Shown here piece after piece: positions 22,787 to 36,104 of a DNA stretch of 37,098 nt (the first letter of the stretch is position 1; each line of letters starts with the position of its first letter). Under the pieces are notes generated by a model. It ran no database searches. It was not told the DNA's origin and saw only the letters and a list, made by a program, of their open reading frames with translations. The position numbers were made by a program, and so were the translations under genes. The DNA is from Phoronis australis (lineage: Eukaryota > Animalia > Phoronida): assembly GCA_002633005.1 (NCBI GenBank), contig NMRA01001198.1:1-37098 (forward strand). Reading direction: 5' to 3'.

Positions 22787-24946
22787 TCAATCCATTCGCA
22801 TTCACAATAAATTTTGCAATAAAAAATTGGTCTTGCTATGACGACAGAAAGGCATTTCGCATAAATAAAATTGATGTTTATTTGCAATTTAGGAGAAAAC
22901 CGACACAATTCTGGTACCGTCCTGAAGAATGAATAAAGCGCTTAAAATTTACCAGAGCTTTGGAACTGGAAGTTATCGGATCCAAATGGTGACCTTGGGA
23001 TGAAAACTACCGATGCTTAAAATTAGTTCAAAGTACCCGCATACATGCCAAGCTTTTATGGGAAGAAACAAAAGCGATAGACTACTACAAACTGTCTGAG
23101 ATGGCCCACAGAAATTTCTGTGCACGGCATTTCAGTGCGAAATTTCCCCAATTCTTACTCTCAGAGTTATGTCCTTTGGCCCTTTTCAAAAAGTTCAAAC
23201 GGAGCTCGGCAACCTAACATACTCCGCAGCGGAACTTTTTACCTTCGTAGACAATCCGACACGAATCCGCCTGTAATTCCGGAAGACCGAGCACAGACAA
23301 TGAAAGTTTAACGTGTTAGATTTTTGGTGGCAGTCTTGGTGGTCTGTAATGGACTGTGTTCACTAGGTATTGTAACTGTCAAATAATGTTAGCCCAGAGA
23401 AGTCCATAATAATCGCCGTCAGCAAGCAGTCAAGCACAGCAGTGACACGGTGAAAGTTTAACATTGACCCTGTTGTAACATCATGGAGATGTATTGACGG
23501 GAAGCTTTCCTGAGCTGAGGCTCGCAGCTGCTCGTACAAAAACAACCCATATCGTTGATAAGCGCCCACCGTGTGCATCGCATACAACATAGGTAGGAGA
23601 GTGTCACATTAATCGGATTTATCCCCAAGTCAAAGCCATTATGAATTGTATAAAGATCCGTCAAAGAAATCGGTACCGCATACACTGTGGGGGTCGGGGC
23701 CACAGTACCCAGACCCATCCAAAAGTTATCGTCAGTCACACTATTCTAACTAGGAACTCGTATGACAATTTTCAAAATGCAGGAAACCAGGCAGACCGAC
23801 ATCAAACGGTCGCTGAACAGAGATGACGGCAGCAAACGACCACGAATATATGGGCGCGTGATGAAGGAGCAGCAACCAGTCACTCTGTTTTCACGCCAGT
23901 ACATTAACTCCGAGTGAAGTCGTCTTGACCCAGGTACACTCTGTCAGCGTACGTTTCACGCCAATCAACCACGGTGTAAAACAGTGTTGTCACGAATATT
24001 CCGATGCCCACACACACGCTGGCCTTCCAACATATTGTACAAGCGGTTGAACATGGTCCATCTCAACCCACCAAAACTGCCACAAATTAAAATTAAACAT
24101 GTTTAATTTTGGCCGTTACCCGTAATCCGTTCGGTTTATATTGAGGATTCATGCTGGATTGCACACAAAGAAAGCACGTTCCCCTTGGCGTATGGCAGAT
24201 TGCCGTGGTACCAAGAACACCCGTCTACACCGGCAATGTGCGAAAGGTCCTACAATTTTTTTTTCGGATATGGGAAGATCGCATACAATGACCGGTCGCA
24301 GTGAAACCCGTCAGTTTCAAATAAAGTCGTGTTATTATCGAGTCTTGATAGTATCGACAGCTCCGCATATCGTCTTCGACGCCTTCCAGAATTTCACCGA
24401 TTGCGCTAAATACAACGCAAAGATATATTTACTATAGGAACCATACTATCTTTGTACAGGAATTATCCAACGCGCTTTCAAGTTTTTGCCGTTACTTCAA
24501 CACAGTTCACAGCGGGTTAATGAACGCGACCTGAACCGGCAAAATAAGTAGGTGGCCTTAAAATATGAGCATACTTATCTTTCGGAATATTATAGTGCGG
24601 TACAGCCTCATAATTTGCTTATTAAACTTGCCTTCACAAGATGGACAGTTAGGCTTCCTTTTGCAAATGCTCCCTCAGGTTAAAAGTGACTAGAGAATAT
24701 AAATTGTGATGGCCACCAGGCCAAGATTCCGCTCGTGCTAAGTGTTCTATTGCAGGTGTTTCTTCGTTCTGATATCAAATTGATAAGCCACCATTTCGGG
24801 GTCACAATCTTACCAAATGTAGCTTTAGAGAAAGGGTTCACTTAATCGCACTTAAGCCTGAAAACCGGCAATTTTTCACCAACGATAACGCATGAGAACA
24901 AAGTGCATGATTCTTTTCACCAGCAGGAACTTCGGCTAATACATAC

Positions 24947-25142
24947 TTGCACCTGTGCCAACTCTGGGCTTGCCACCATAGTTGATCGAATATAACCTTC
25001 CTGCGATTTCCCCTGGTGAAATACAATTGTGGCCGTTGAATTTGATTTTATAGACCGTCATTCTATCGTTGATTGGCTGCATGTTAGCAACGAAAATCAC
25101 GTGAATGGCCGTGCTCGGGTCGCGTTTGTAGTAGCTGAATGT
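24947..25142 (-). CDS. CTHRC1: CTHRC1-like gene 2, middle exon; further upstream exons not identified
   Basis: Acceptor ttttgtatttgtag| and donor |gtatgt. The 196 nt (phase 0 to 1) translate TFSYYKRDPSTAIHVIFVANMQPINDRMTVYKIKFNGHNCISPGEIAGRLYSINYGGKPRVGTGA. It shares KFNG..C..PG.IAG with gene 1 and has the same intron phases. It is absent from the ORF track in this frame. Confidence 0.85.
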
Positions 25143-26569
25143 CTACAAATACAAAACATGTATTATTATAGGACTGCAAAGTGTTATTTGTGTTATCCTG
25201 GCTAAATGTCTACACGGTCGATTGTTGCATACTGTTTTATATGGAAGTGATGATATTTCGGGAGGGGTCGGCGATGATGTTGCTGTATGTTGTGCACAGT
25301 GTTGTTGATACGTTGTGTGATCCCTTCGCACCATTTCATTTCATGTGACTTTTACAACCCAAATCTTTTGAACAAATTTTCCTGCTTCTCATTAAATCTT
25401 CTACGTTTAAGTTCAGAGACATTTGGGAAAGACCAGAGGACAACTTGGAGAGACGAGTGGCGTTCGGAGAGACGAATAACGTCAGAGAAAGACGGATGGG
25501 TCGGAAGGGTTAGCTGCCCAATATCGAGGTTGTCCGTGGGAGAACACCCTTTATTTTTACTACGAGTTACTATAAGGAAAAGGAACCCAAGGGTTCTCCG
25601 AGAAGCGGGATTGAAGATGAACCCAATGATAGATTACCAGTGGTAACGACACGGCAACGTACACGGACAGTGCGGTAGTGGGGCGTAGGCACACGTAGGC
25701 GCAGCCAACCATCATTTAGCATTTGAACGTTACGCCTACACACCTCAAGTTACGTTATAATAGGGTGGATGCGAAGCCAACCATCTTTTTACATTTTAAC
25801 GTAGCGCCTAAGCACAGCACAAGTGACAGTATAGTGGGGCGTAGTATTGATACAATGGCTATTACGGTGTCGATGCACAGCTACGTTAACAACAGCATTG
25901 TTACCGAATATTCCGGCACGCGTGACCATACGTCCTGGACAATTCAAGAAGCTATTGTGAACTTGGAGTGACGTTGACTTGACTATGATGAGCAGCCATT
26001 TCGTGCTATTCTGGGCATCTTGGACCCCAAAACGTGGCCTGTGGGATCCGGGATAAAACATGACGAGCACGAAGTTGGGCTTATTTGCGATCAGTTTGGC
26101 CTGCTTGCCCCAAGGGCAACCAGAGGAGTGCGTGAGGAAATCGTAAAAGTAGGCAACCTGCCAAGTGCTCTTTCTTGCAGTGCAACTCATGAACGGAGTC
26201 ATGCCATTGGCGGATCGAAAGGCTGAAAAACACACCCCACGGGCGAATACAAACACTTCCAGCATATCGTTTCTGGCCGTTACGGGGGTAGCCTATTTTC
26301 CTTTAACATTGTGTTTTTCCCTTCAGAAAACCGCTTGGCATGCATGCAGACCGTTGCCTTACCATATGTGTGGTTGGGCCCATTTCTGCAGCATCCTAGA
26401 TTCGCCACTGCAGACTCGAAGTAAATACCCACTCGTGAGTCAAAAATGCGCCCACGTGTTTGTGAGTCAGATTATGCGAAATAAAGGCACTTTTAATAGT
26501 CAGTGCTCAAGGTGATACGGAGGGCATTGGTCGCCTATTTACCTCTAATTTTAGCACTGCAGCACTGTG

Positions 26570-27062
26570 AACGGACTACAATATATGGAACGTTTGTGGT
26601 ACGGTTTGCAAGAATCAGAGAGGAGTGAGAAGCCACCAGGTAAGAATGCGCTTTGGAGCTGTCAGCAGCAATTTTAGTAAGACGGTAGAGGACAGTATCC
26701 AGGCAGACAACCACAGTGTCATTGACCTATCAGCATCTGAAGATGCCCAGAGTGGGAGTAGAACTTTGCCACAGACAAGCAACTTGTCGACTTCATTAGA
26801 AGAAGTATTCAGCCAGTTTTCCTATGTGAAGACCGAGGAGGTTGACCCAATGATACGAATTTGCACCAGAAGGAGAATTTTTATGTCTCACAAGATGTTA
26901 ATGTAGAAAACAAAGGTGGCTACGACCAACCACTTGAGGTAGGAGCTAGAGGTTTTGTGGCATCGAGCATGTGGAGAATGTGTATGATGCTGGGAACTTC
27001 AGCTAAGTCAAGTAAGTCTATGATGAAGTCGGTAGCAGCCGCAGCGGAATCAGCATCATCAG
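26570..27062 (+). mobile_element. Relic of an RLE-type (Hero-like) non-LTR retrotransposon: N-terminal zinc-finger region joined to the C-terminal end
   Basis: VCGTVCKNQRGVRSHQVRMR resembles the N-terminal CGK.CKN.RGLKIHQ..M motif. PLEVGARGFVASSMWRMCMMLG...KSVAAAAESAS resembles the C-terminal P.EVG.RGF...S.W....LG...AAE.AS region. Confidence 0.7.
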
Positions 27063-28849
27063 ATGATCAACCAGTGGCAGAATCCCCGTCAAACCCGAGC
27101 TTAGACCACGATTTCCCGCTTTTTATTCGTACACATGTAAGTACCGCTTTTCAGTCAAGTGTTCCGATTTTCAGTTCCTAAATGTTGACCGTGAGAACTC
27201 TGCAAGGTGTTTAAAGGAACATTGTCACTTTGTAATGAATGTTGTTTTTTTCCAGAGACCACTGTCTTCAATAACATTATTGTAAAGGTGTGTTCCAATG
27301 TTTCTTGTGTTAGGTAATATACACAACTTGTATCTTGCAAACAAATTTTCACTTTCTGAAGGAATAAGTTCACTACTAAGTTTCTGTGGACAGTCTTATA
27401 CCCCAACCAATGCAATGAACTAATTACAGTACATTTCAACGCTGCGTGAAAATTTTGGATAGATACTCTGAGTAATTGGTTTATAGCAGTTTCGTAAATT
27501 CGGAATTTTTCCTGAAGATTGTAATTGTTTCAAACGGCACCAAATGTCCAATTAATAACAATATATAAAGATTTATAATTTTGAATAAATACCTGATTAA
27601 ATCATCCAAGCAATTGTGACGGACCCACATTATAAAATCGCTGTCTTTAAAGGGTAAAAACCTTTTGAATCTTTCAAGTTATTTTCCCGTTGGTTTATAG
27701 TCATTTATATAACCTCTATGGTTCATTTCCCTTTTTATCTTACTATTACACCTTATTACTTTTCTCATTTTTGTAACACTCTTGGCTTTTAGAGCAAAAA
27801 TATTGTTTAACCCAGTCAAGTACGCGAAATAATGATTAGGTATGAATTAAATTATTGATCTTTTGCTTCTGGTGTAATCATCAAAGACTGATCAAGGATT
27901 AAAGGTATGATTTTTATGCAGAATAAAAAACGGTGGAGTTGCAAAAAGATATAACGACAACAAATTCTATAGCAAGAACCTGCACCGGAACAAACGAATG
28001 CAAGCAAATTCTACGCTTGTGCGGCAAAACCTCAGCAGTGCGAGACTGAAGGTGGCATTCCAGATTCCAGATCTATAGTTCTATAATTTTACGAAGTTTC
28101 GTTAAGGAAGAGTTCACAGCGACCAAGTTTAGACAGACATGGTGCAGAGTACCCGGTAGTGCGTAGGGCTTACCATGTCCTGCGTTGTGCCTACTCTGTC
28201 CTGCGTAGCAATATGCCTCAGAACGCAAAAAAGTACATGAGGCATTTTTCGTGTACTTTCGACACAGAGTACTGAGCGCAGAAATGTCTGTTAAGAAAGT
28301 CATCTTACTGTGTATATTAGACAGCGATCTGCGATCTTACTGCATGGTTGGTCTTATTAATATTACACATTAACAAAGCAAAACAGTCTTAATTTTATTT
28401 GATCACACCATCCTCGTTTTTATCTCTTAAGGCATTATTTCCAGGGATATATCTAGTCACTTCATGAAATATCGTGCCGAAATCTGATACTAATGCTGAA
28501 CCATGCCGTATTCAGGAAATTTTGATCCTCCATGTCTGACCAAGGAGCACCAGCGGCAATGAGCCCACTGACAAATCGTCGCAAAGTTGGTAAGCGCATC
28601 AACTAAGCTAACAGCCAAAGGTTAGCTATTCACTCAGACTAAGTACGATCTTCAAACAATCACAGATTTATTCCAAACATGACATAATCAATGCTCTGGA
28701 CACTCACACGTTACACGCGACACTGAGGCTGACGCCTTGAACACCTCCATTCACCGATAGCGAGCGTCACTTGTGTGATTTCTTCAAACACACTCTGAGT
28801 CCACCACAGCTCCCTTTGAATCTGTATTGCGCGCCAGAACCTTGACTGA

Positions 28850-29262
28850 TTTATCACCAACGTTACCCGGACTTACCAAACGACACACTCACCTTCCTAA
28901 ACTTCATAATCCGAAGTTAAACGGCGACACGTTTACATGGAAAACTTTCATCGGCGTTTTCCAATCACCCGTTCACACTGACGCCGAACTCGCTTCCATA
29001 TACAAGTGCAGCTCACTGTAGAAGCAACTTAAAGTATTGTCGAGATATCTCTAGCGAGCGGGAATTACGCCCACGCTATGATAACTACTAACAAAAAGTC
29101 ATGGTGAAACGCACCATATCGTGAACGCAAACATGACTTCTTTTTTGGATTTACCTCTGGCTCTCTGTGACGTCGAGAGCTTGTGACAATTTCACGATAT
29201 TTTCAAAAGGTACGTGAGAAGTTTAGCTGGGTTGAGTAAGTCAAAATCTTCATACAGGGTTT
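28850..29262 (+). pseudogene. Second, highly degraded BEL/Pao gag fragment
   Basis: LPKLHNPKLNGDTFTWKTFIGVFQSPVHTDAELASIYK and SL*QFHDIFKRYVRSLAGLSKS parallel the DUF1759 motifs of the element at 13340-13710. Contains stops and frameshifts. Confidence 0.75.
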
Positions 29263-30924
29263 CTACTGCAGAAAACATACGTTTGATTGGTGGATGACGT
29301 TAAGACACCATCTTTAACTGGTTATTCTAACTAGGGTCTTTGTTATCAAGGCAGCGACAGTTTGAGTTGAGCTGTTCTCGTTGAAACTTTGTTTATAAAT
29401 TAATATTTACAATACCACAAAAATAGTCCAAAAATAATTCTTCATGAAAAAATTACTTTTATTATTCCGTTGTCGATATCACTTTCGTTCGTCCACGAGA
29501 CCTGTGCTATATTATACCTTGACAAACTGGGACATGTGCCTACAGAAATAGAATTTAGCAAAGTAAGACAAAGTGTAGCAAATTTGAAATATGAGACACT
29601 TTCTTATAATTTCATAACTGTAACACAGTCTGCCGTATCTAATTATTCCCTTTGCAGCGGCTGTACTTGATTCACCCATAAACTATTATTAAACCGTGCA
29701 TTGTCATAATCATGAATTGTTTGAGATGCTCCATTTTCTTCAAGATTAACGTTACTTTATATTCTTTCATAGGTTCTGGAAATGTAATAATCCAACCATA
29801 ATCTGCTACCACTGCACATTACTACACATATGTTAAGGCCTAACGGTAGATAGTAGTGGTTTGTTTCTGTTTCAAAATAGGCGTAATTTCAGGTCTTCGA
29901 CAGCGTGTTATTGCTTGATATTAGGCTCTAAATGTTGACTTGTCACGGCGCGTCATTTTAGTGGCCGAGCACGGTCTCAAGCGATGGCAAACTGTCATTT
30001 CTTTTCAAGCCAGAAACTCACTTCTCGTACGAGTATGAAAAACATGGAGACCAGTTTGATAGCAGAATTAGTGTTTTATAGTGAAAGTAGGCTTTTTCCT
30101 TCAACGCAACGCGTTTTTTACTGCTTAATACATTTCGGTTTTGGCAAGCGCCACGTTTCTTTTTAATCTCAAGAGCCACCTTGGGTTTTACTAAACCCGG
30201 TTGAGTTGCTTTCGACAGACGCAAGAAACTCTGAAAAAGCAAGACCACGCACGCAAAGTCACGCGCTTAAAAGGTAAGACCTTAGTAGAGAACCCTCGCA
30301 AAATGGCGGTTACGAAATGTTGAATTATGAGATATAATTCATTGTTTCTGTTCCATAAACGAAAATTAGTCGCCGCAAGTCTTCGTGAGTTTGCGGCACG
30401 CAATCCACTCAGTTATCTGATAAGTCTGTGACCTGGACGTCGTCATTGGGAAACAATGAAATGTTCAATGAGTGACTCAGCTTACGCGTTACATTTCGTT
30501 ATCTAGGGATGTTTGTAACTGCAGCTGTTTCTGTCATTACCTGCTTCACATGAGGATCACATTATGTAGTAATGTGGCAGAAAGTTGTTTTTCGAAACTT
30601 TTCCACCAGTTTTGCAACACTGGGTACCTCAGGCGACCAGGTAGAAGTTTGCGTCAACGTTCGTGGACGGTAACAACATGACGTCGATTCGATTCTGTTC
30701 CGAATTGTTCAAGATAAAAACTTCACTCATTATTAGTTATTGTCCCAAGAATTAAATGGACATTATTTGTTTTAAGGAGGAAAACACATTTTTGCGATTC
30801 TTGCAGACGGACAGATAAAATGTCTTATCAATCATGTGTACCAATGAGTCTGCACTACACCATTATTAAAGATGACAAGTTTATGATTGCTTTAGTTGCC
30901 TTCGGAGGATCTCAGGTAATTTCT

Positions 30925-33330
30925 CTACACCATTTCATAGTGGCTGATCGCGGGTTGAAGCTCGAGGTCGCCTTCGTCTAGAGGAGTCGCTTCATCAGGA
31001 TCATACTCTGTCAACTCCGCGCCGACAGCTCGTTTCTTGTCTGCTTCATTATCAGCCTCGCGTTCACGACGTCCTTGCAACAGATTCACATTTACGATCT
31101 TTGTCTTGCTATTCATGTTAATCTATAGGCCGACTGCCCTTGTTATTACTTATGGTCTCTTCCACTGTATAGTTAACTTGTTATATCTGTAGCGGGTAAA
31201 ATCAATACTCACTGCCCTACTCGAAACTGCTAGTCACTGTCCTTCTTGTCTGTTGGCACTCAGTATTAAACAAGTTTTTCCCATCTAGCACATAATATGT
31301 TTCATTGAGACAATTCCTTATGTTGAAAACGTACTAGTTGGTATTTTAAATCATTTTATTGCCTTACCCTGAAGTCCAGAGTTCTTCATAGGATCTCTTA
31401 CTGCCCTATCGCGGAGCAACTCAAAGGTTGAAAATCCTGTGCTTGAGTGCACGATTACTCGGTAAAGCGAAAAAGACGACTGAAAGGTACCGGTTCCAGA
31501 TTGTTGGCTTTTGATTCTCACAGGGCCCGTTCCAGTGTGGGTTGAAAGGGTTCGCATGCAGCTGCTGTGCACTCACACGCCTATTGACGTCCTTTATCAA
31601 TTCCTCTGCTACTTATATTACATTTTCACTCAGATTCTCGCGTAGAAACCCCATTTTTAACATTTACTTGGCCACGCACCTGTCTCTTTCTTCCGAAGTG
31701 CCACTGCTTGAGTGTACATGTACAAGGTAGCGAAGTCTACAACCGTTTGGACATGCCTGTTCCCCTTATCCAACATCGGGACTATTTGTTCAACCAAGTC
31801 AATTGCTGCCCTCTTGAAAGGCTCTTCCATCAAGAACATTTCTCTCAGTAGCAGCTTGGTAACTCGCCCTTTTTCAACCCTCTTCTGGCTGATGGCTCAT
31901 GCTTTGCATAATCGGGATACTTCCGATTCCCCCTGGTCAGTAGAGAGCAATTATGATAAAGTCAGTTGACTTGCTCAACCCGCGTTTTCTTCTAACTATA
32001 TCCTCGTTGGGAAGCTCCATGAATTGCTTCTGAAACTTGCACATAATGAGCAACCTGCTTCACCTCATCACCAGCCGATAGATTATCTCTTGCTTGATCT
32101 CCATCAGGCATGACCTCTTACCTTTGGTCTGTCGTTATTTTGGGATAGATCTCACAGTTATTTGGGGGATGAATCTTCCCACTGGGCTTCCTTCAACAAC
32201 TGTAACCCCCCTAACATACAGCAAACGGCTTAATTCAAATCCTTTTTGTCGATCTGCTTGAGTTCTTATGTTTCAGAGCTGGATTTTACAAGATCTGTCT
32301 TCAGTGATCTGTAGGTTTTCCTCAAACCCTCTAGGGAAGCACCATATACCCGACCTTCCACGAGGCTATCGCCTACCTCGTCCTTTTTGGCGGTGCTCGC
32401 TGTCAGTTTTCGGATGACATCTCCTGGGTTCAATGTGGCAAGAACGTCCCTGATTATCGGCCATTGAACTCTCCCTACACATTGTAAACACTTATACCGT
32501 AGAGTGTGGGGTGCCAAAGTTGCTAAAATGCAGTCTTCTCTTATTTGAGTCTGCCAACTCACATGATAATTTCTGGAAGGACATATTTCCTGGTTTGGGT
32601 TGATTGGATCAAATCGCAATAGTAATACAGCATGCGTCTCTGCTGCGTGCTGGTGTATCTCTCCTTTCGGTCACAGATTTGTTGTGAACGCACGTTCAAG
32701 GTTAGAGCTGAACACTTTATTGGCTCTCTTTCCTCGCTTTTGGGAACTCGGAGGCTAACTACTGCCGACTTTTGGTATTGTTAACCCGAATTCCGTTTCC
32801 GACAGTCTCTGGCCTTTGTTAGGCCACTCTTCTTCTGGTACTGCCTTATTGTCTCACTTGGCTGTTGCTTCTTAGTTTTTCATAGATTATTGCTTGCTTT
32901 TTATGTTTACACCGGAGGTCTCAGTGTAGCTCTTTAAAGGCTGACCTCATACGGAAGAGATTTGTGTGCTCGCTTTCGCAAGAGCAAGGCCATGTTTTAA
33001 TCTACATTTTCACATACTGCTCAGGCACCAGCAGTCTTTCGGCTTGGCGAAACGTTTGGTGTAGTTGAACCTGTCTCGGTAGCGCTGCATTCGGCTTACC
33101 GAAAACCCTCCTCAGTCAGTTCACACCGTTTCAGTAGGGCCTACTTGAACCTATTTTAGTCCAGTGCATCATTCATGGATGTACCGGTGAAAATTCTCAG
33201 GTCCTCGCGCGTTAACAGAAGACTGCGACTAACTGCCCATTTACTCTTGCTCCATACCTGATTGTCTGCGAATTTTTCGAACCTTTCCGGGAAGTTGCCA
33301 ATGTCTTTCTGCGTGGCAGTATAGAAGTAA
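30925..33330 (-). mobile_element. Degenerate Ty3/Gypsy retrotransposon (Gmr1-like): SCAN-like gag, protease, integrase
   Basis: gag: DIGNFPERFEKFADNQVWSKSKWAV...ALLKRCELTEEGFR. Protease-like relic at about 32430-32640. Integrase: EEPFKRAAIDLVEQIVPMLDKGNRHVQTVVDFAT, then FSLYR...STGFSTFELL...VRDPM. GPY/F-region end MNSKTKIVNVNLL. Many stops and frameshifts. Confidence 0.8.
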
Positions 33331-33399
33331 ACAACACTGCAGAGATATGAGAGGCACCTGTTTGGCCTGGTCCACAATTTTCACCTGTATGACGTTGTT

Positions 33400-33632
33400 C
33401 AATGAATGAATGAAAGTCGCAAAAGAAGAATTCCGGCCTTTCAAAGCTCCTGGACAGGATGGTGTCTAACCAGTCATTGTTCAGAAAGGCTGGACACAGG
33501 TTAAAAGCGTCTAATGTGTCTGTTTAGGTTTGTATTCGTAAAAAGGCTTAGAGGATTGGCAAAAGAATCTTTCTACCAAAACGTGGACAGAGTAACTACT
33601 TCGATATTAAAATGAAATAATCTATAGCATCA
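33400..33632 (+). mobile_element. Short fragment of an APE-type LINE reverse transcriptase N-terminus
   Basis: FRPFKAPGQDGV*PVIVQKGW...EDWQK/IFLPKRGQSNY corresponds to the KAPG.DG...P..W...IF.PK.G motif of non-LTR reverse transcriptases. Confidence 0.65.
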
Positions 33633-33909
33633 ACAGATTCGAGCCTCTACAGGAATCCCAAAGTGAAAACAACCTGGCTAAATTCAAAGCACCCAAGAAC
33701 TACGACATTAATTTTAAGAAAGTACGGCCCCACAAGACCAAAGGAAAGAACAAATGCTCTAAGACCTCCGCAACGATTTCGTCTCAGCCTAAGCCTACCA
33801 TCGTCTTCTATGGTCCTGCAGAAAGTATCAACTACACCATGAAAAAATTAAACGCAACAGAAGGTTCCGCACACAAACCACTTTAAAAACAATAACCTGC
33901 GAGACTAAC

Positions 33910-34345
33910 AACGTAGTTAACTTAATCAAACAATAACTTAACTGATAGTGAGGACAGTATACTTTCTAAAGGACTTAACTTCTGTCCTACCAAAACCAAT
34001 ATTGAGAAAGATGAATTACTCATTGATATTTATACTTTTGCTTGACGTCTTAGGTTTGCATAATATATTGAAAATCTCATTAAAGATGAAACGAGAACCC
34101 CCTGAAAATTTAATTCCACCCAAATGTCAAAACCATGCCCTCGACAGTTGCACTGAAGCTATTACTAATGATTTTATGAATTACAAAAAGCATAACAGCA
34201 AATGTAAAATTACTAAATGCGAAAAGGGTGCCCTCAAAAATATCGCTAAAATAAAGAAATCGCAATTAAACCAGCTGGTAAACGAGCAGCTGTTGTTATT
34301 ATGGACAAGCAGAAATACATGTACAACTCTCCTAGACTAAATACC
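33910..34345 (+). mobile_element. Penelope-like element relic (N-terminal region preceding RT)
   Basis: NVVNL/NNNLTDSEDSILSKGLNFCPT...DIYTFA*RLR and EKGALKNI/NKEIAIKPAGKRAAVVIMDKQKY match the PLE motifs LSKGLNF.P and IKPADKG.AVV.MD..Y. Confidence 0.8.
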
Positions 34346-35089
34346 AAAATTTTATCATTATTTTGCTTAAAGATTGTATAGAATGCTTATAAACCCTTTG
34401 GTCTCAGAAAAGTGATAGATAATAACACATAAATGTGTCTTTTTGATGAAAGTAAAATTTAGTTCTCCTCCAAGACCATAAAAGAATATTTATTTTCTCA
34501 GACATAACCTATAGCCACATACAACCCTTAGTTCTTCTAATTTAATTCTACAATACATGCTTTGTATTTTAACTTCATATTGATGTTCACGAACGGATAC
34601 GCTTCAAAAACTGTAGTCACCCAGTCTTTTAAAAAAGTTGAAATAATAATTGTTGCAAAGTTTTCTTTTTTAGCTTGAAATTGAGAAGTTTCAGCCTTTG
34701 TTACAGCACTGCAAGTCACTTCAATACATTTATGGGTTTTGCCAAAAGTAACAACAATCGTATACACAGCTGTATACATCTATCAGTTTTATTGCCACAT
34801 TTTCATACATTTATTTAGGCCCATGTTTTTTGTTTATGAAACTGGGCCTCTGACCAACTTCAGGCACATGCGCAAGCTTTGTGAAACTAAGTAGTAAGTT
34901 AAATTATTCAAAGTGAAGCTTGGAAATTTGTTACAGTTCAGTGTCGGCTTCGCCCTGACTTGAAATTAAGATGAAGTATTTAGCTGAAAAATTGTACAAA
35001 TGGATGAAAACACTTGTCGGATTCCAGCTTAAACCTTGTACCTGCTCATCAGACGGTTGCCTGCAACTATTACGTGAATGTTTGTTATA

Positions 35090-35184
35090 GTAATCTATTT
35101 TGCCCGGGGTACGCCACGAGCTATTTTGCAGAGTAAATAGATAAAACTAACTAAGACTCTGCAAGATGGGCATGGACAAAACGC
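35090..35184 (-). repeat. Split direct repeat B2 of the Ngaro-like element
   Basis: gtaatctattttgcccggggtacgccacgagcta...gcatggacaaaacgc is repeated at 35607-35744. Confidence 0.8.
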
Positions 35185-35606
35185 CCACCGGCGTGTACAA
35201 TGAATAGACCTGAAAGAGGGAACAAAACAAAAGAACTGCCTGAAGGGCTTAAAGGAAAAGTACAGAACATGAACACAAAACTTGAAAAAACCTAACAGGA
35301 AATGTATATGAGAAAAGAGAAAGTGAAACCGACACCCGGGATGGGGGGTGGGGAAAAATGCAGAGAACGAACGTAGGTCTTGTAGACGACGAGGTAGGTG
35401 GCTGAATGAGAGAGACGACGTTGAACTGAACAAAGAAAATATGGGCGACCAATCAGGTGTCGCGTAGACAAATGTATGAATACAAAAGTAGGCCCTTGAG
35501 GCTATAAATAAATGCAAAATAAACCCTAAGGACTGGTATCAAAATAAAGAGACAAATGTCAAAATAATGACGATAAATGCATTTAACTAGTTAAATTTAA
35601 TTTATC

Positions 35607-35744
35607 GTAATCTATTTTGCCCGGGGTACGCCACGAGCTATGTTGCAGAGTAAAACAAGAGGAGGATTGCAAATATTGTCATTTATTATGACGTTAATAG
35701 ATAAAACTAACTAAGACTCTGCAAGATGGGCATGGACAAAACGC
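35607..35744 (-). repeat. Split direct repeat B1 of the Ngaro-like element (43 nt longer than B2)
   Basis: Same sequence as 35090-35184 with one substitution and an extra internal 43 nt that contains a minus-strand AATAAA (35682-35687). Confidence 0.8.
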
Positions 35745-36104
35745 AATAATGTCAGCACTGGAATGCTGACATCGCCCATCCGAGGAAGCGGAACCCGGGC
35801 AATAACAAGGTTAGACTATGATAAAGTATAGGTACTAATAACGGTATAACAGAAAACTAGAATACAAAAGTCTAGAATATAAAAACCAAGAACAGAACGA
35901 ACGCGAAGTAAAGGTATCTCGAACTAAGGACTATAAATTGAAGCCTGCAAATGCAGACCTTGGGCCACAGGCTGCAACAACAGACCTGACCTTGGGGGCT
36001 GAAACCTCAGACCCAGAGGAGTGGGAGGGGCTGAAAAGCAAAGTGAGAGAAATGGGGAGCTGCAACAACAGGCTCGCCAGGAGTTCAAGAAACCTGGGGA
36101 AGAG

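Noticed and set aside
23363-23739. Overlapping minus-strand ORFs in the last intron of CTHRC1-like gene 2
   Set aside because: No recognisable domain in any frame, and the flanking exons already splice in frame without them.
24089-24110. Perfect 22-bp palindrome aaaattaaacatgtttaatttt
   Set aside because: AT-rich and probably internal to a repeat whose ends I could not define. No evidence of function.
25287-26515. Cluster of 70-160 aa ORFs on both strands in slightly GC-richer sequence
   Set aside because: No motif recognised in the frames I read. Probably decayed repeat sequence.
28168-28290. Minus-strand YTKNASCTFLR...YAGQSRH followed by a gtaag donor, faintly like the start of a CTHRC1 middle exon
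   Set aside because: No phase-0 acceptor and no FNG..C motif, and gene 2 already has this exon at 24947-25142.
35095-35517. 140-aa Phe/Ser-rich minus-strand ORF, and the plus-strand ORFs at 35938-36120 and 36587-36961
   Set aside because: These are compositional or antisense shadows of the Ngaro terminal repeats and recombinase gene.
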